DNA of 64,000 nucleotides, taken from contig CAWKHF010000010.1 of assembly GCA_963849325.1 (NCBI GenBank), forward strand, positions 494,917 through 558,916, written 5' to 3'. The stretch comes from an uncultured Planctomycetota bacterium. GTDB taxonomy: Bacteria; Planctomycetota; Planctomycetia; Gemmatales; Gemmataceae. The position numbers and the translations under genes were made by a program. Shown piece after piece: positions 63,321 to 64,000 of the stretch; the stretch's first letter is position 1, and every line of letters begins with the position of its first letter. The notes below the pieces were generated by a model. That model worked only from the letters and a program-made list of their open reading frames with translations, searched no databases and was not told where the DNA came from.

Positions 63321-64000
63321 CAGTAGTTTCCGGTTCGGGCTGAGGGAGGAGGGGTGAGGGAGACAATCGCAAGGCTCCTCCTGAGAATGACTTGTACCAC
63401 CAAGGACATTCCAGGAGGGAGCCATGCGACAACGGCAGTATACACTCACCCCCGCCCACGTCCACGCCCACGTCAGCGCCCGGATGCAACAATATCTCCG
63501 CCTGGCTGACCACGGCCCCCGCTGCCGAGCCGATACCCTGTGGGCCGTCCTCTGCTACGCCGCCAGCCGCATCATCTCTCTGGCCGCCGCCTGCGCCGCC
63601 CTCCGCGACGCGCCCTCCGACACCGCCGCCCACGACGCCCTGCTCGCCACCCTCCCTGACTACGCCGAACTGCAACGCCGCCTCAACCGCGCCCTGCAAG
63701 GCGACCTGCCCCACGCCTTACGCCGACGCCGCCAGCCCTTGGCCATCGACTTGGTGCTCATCCCCTACCACGGCAGACCCCTGCACCACGCCGACGAGGT
63801 CTACCGCAGCCAAGCCAAGAGCGGCACCAGCCACTTCCACGCCTACGCCACCGCCTACGTCATCCAGAAGGGCCGACGCTTCACCGTTGCCCTCACCCCG
63901 GTGGCCCGCCACGACGCCATGCCGGAGGTGCTCAAGCGGCTGCTGCGTGAGGCGGCGCGGGCCGGCATCCGCCCGCGTTATCTGCTGTTGGACCGCGGCT
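63321..64000 (+). mobile_element. ISH3-like (IS4 superfamily) element, transposase from 63424, runs off window
   Basis: Manual translation: LAIDLVLIPYHG, KSGTSHFHAYAT, LLLDRG; probable left end CAGTA at 63321. Confidence 0.8.

Larger units (their letters stand above)
28320..64000. mobile_element. Integrated plasmid/ICE-like element at tRNA-Asp (extends past window)
   Basis: Begins at tRNA 3' end; ttggtagca tandem (28394-28413); DarB-like gene, repA, parA, iterons; no integrase or second att site seen in window. Confidence 0.75.

Overview
GC-rich bacterial DNA whose gene content resembles Planctomycetes (an inference). Many single-base frameshifts, including in housekeeping genes, are probably assembly indels. 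Positions 1-28.3 kb are chromosomal: SGNH hydrolase, purH, esterase, FGE, amidase, argC, EamA, DegT, GT2, truB, an IS701-like element and tRNA-Asp. This part holds a conflict/defence-like cluster at about 6.3-17.6 kb: a HEPN-motif kinase-TPR-DUF2610 protein, a DUF4145-FGE protein with a DGR-type variable tail, an ABC ATPase + DUF4276 pair, and an Rpn gene with an internal start. From the 3' end of tRNA-Asp to the window end lies an integrated plasmid/ICE-like element. Its backbone has a DarB-like methylase-helicase flanked by two copies of a ~210-bp promoter repeat, plus repA, parA and an iteron origin. Its ~25-kb cargo is arranged around two divergent sigma54 promoters placed symmetrically about one enhancer pair. 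The leftward stress arm is decaying (nemA, AKR, DUF488, IS5-split DyP with an encapsulin stump, Dps). The rightward respiratory arm is apparently intact (fdhD, selenocysteine formate dehydrogenase, FeS subunit, NrfD, cytochrome bd, qNor, a membrane protein with a transposase-type Zn ribbon, PsiE) and is followed by an NtrC-type regulator and a hybrid kinase. Domain calls come from motif recognition by eye; no database search was run.
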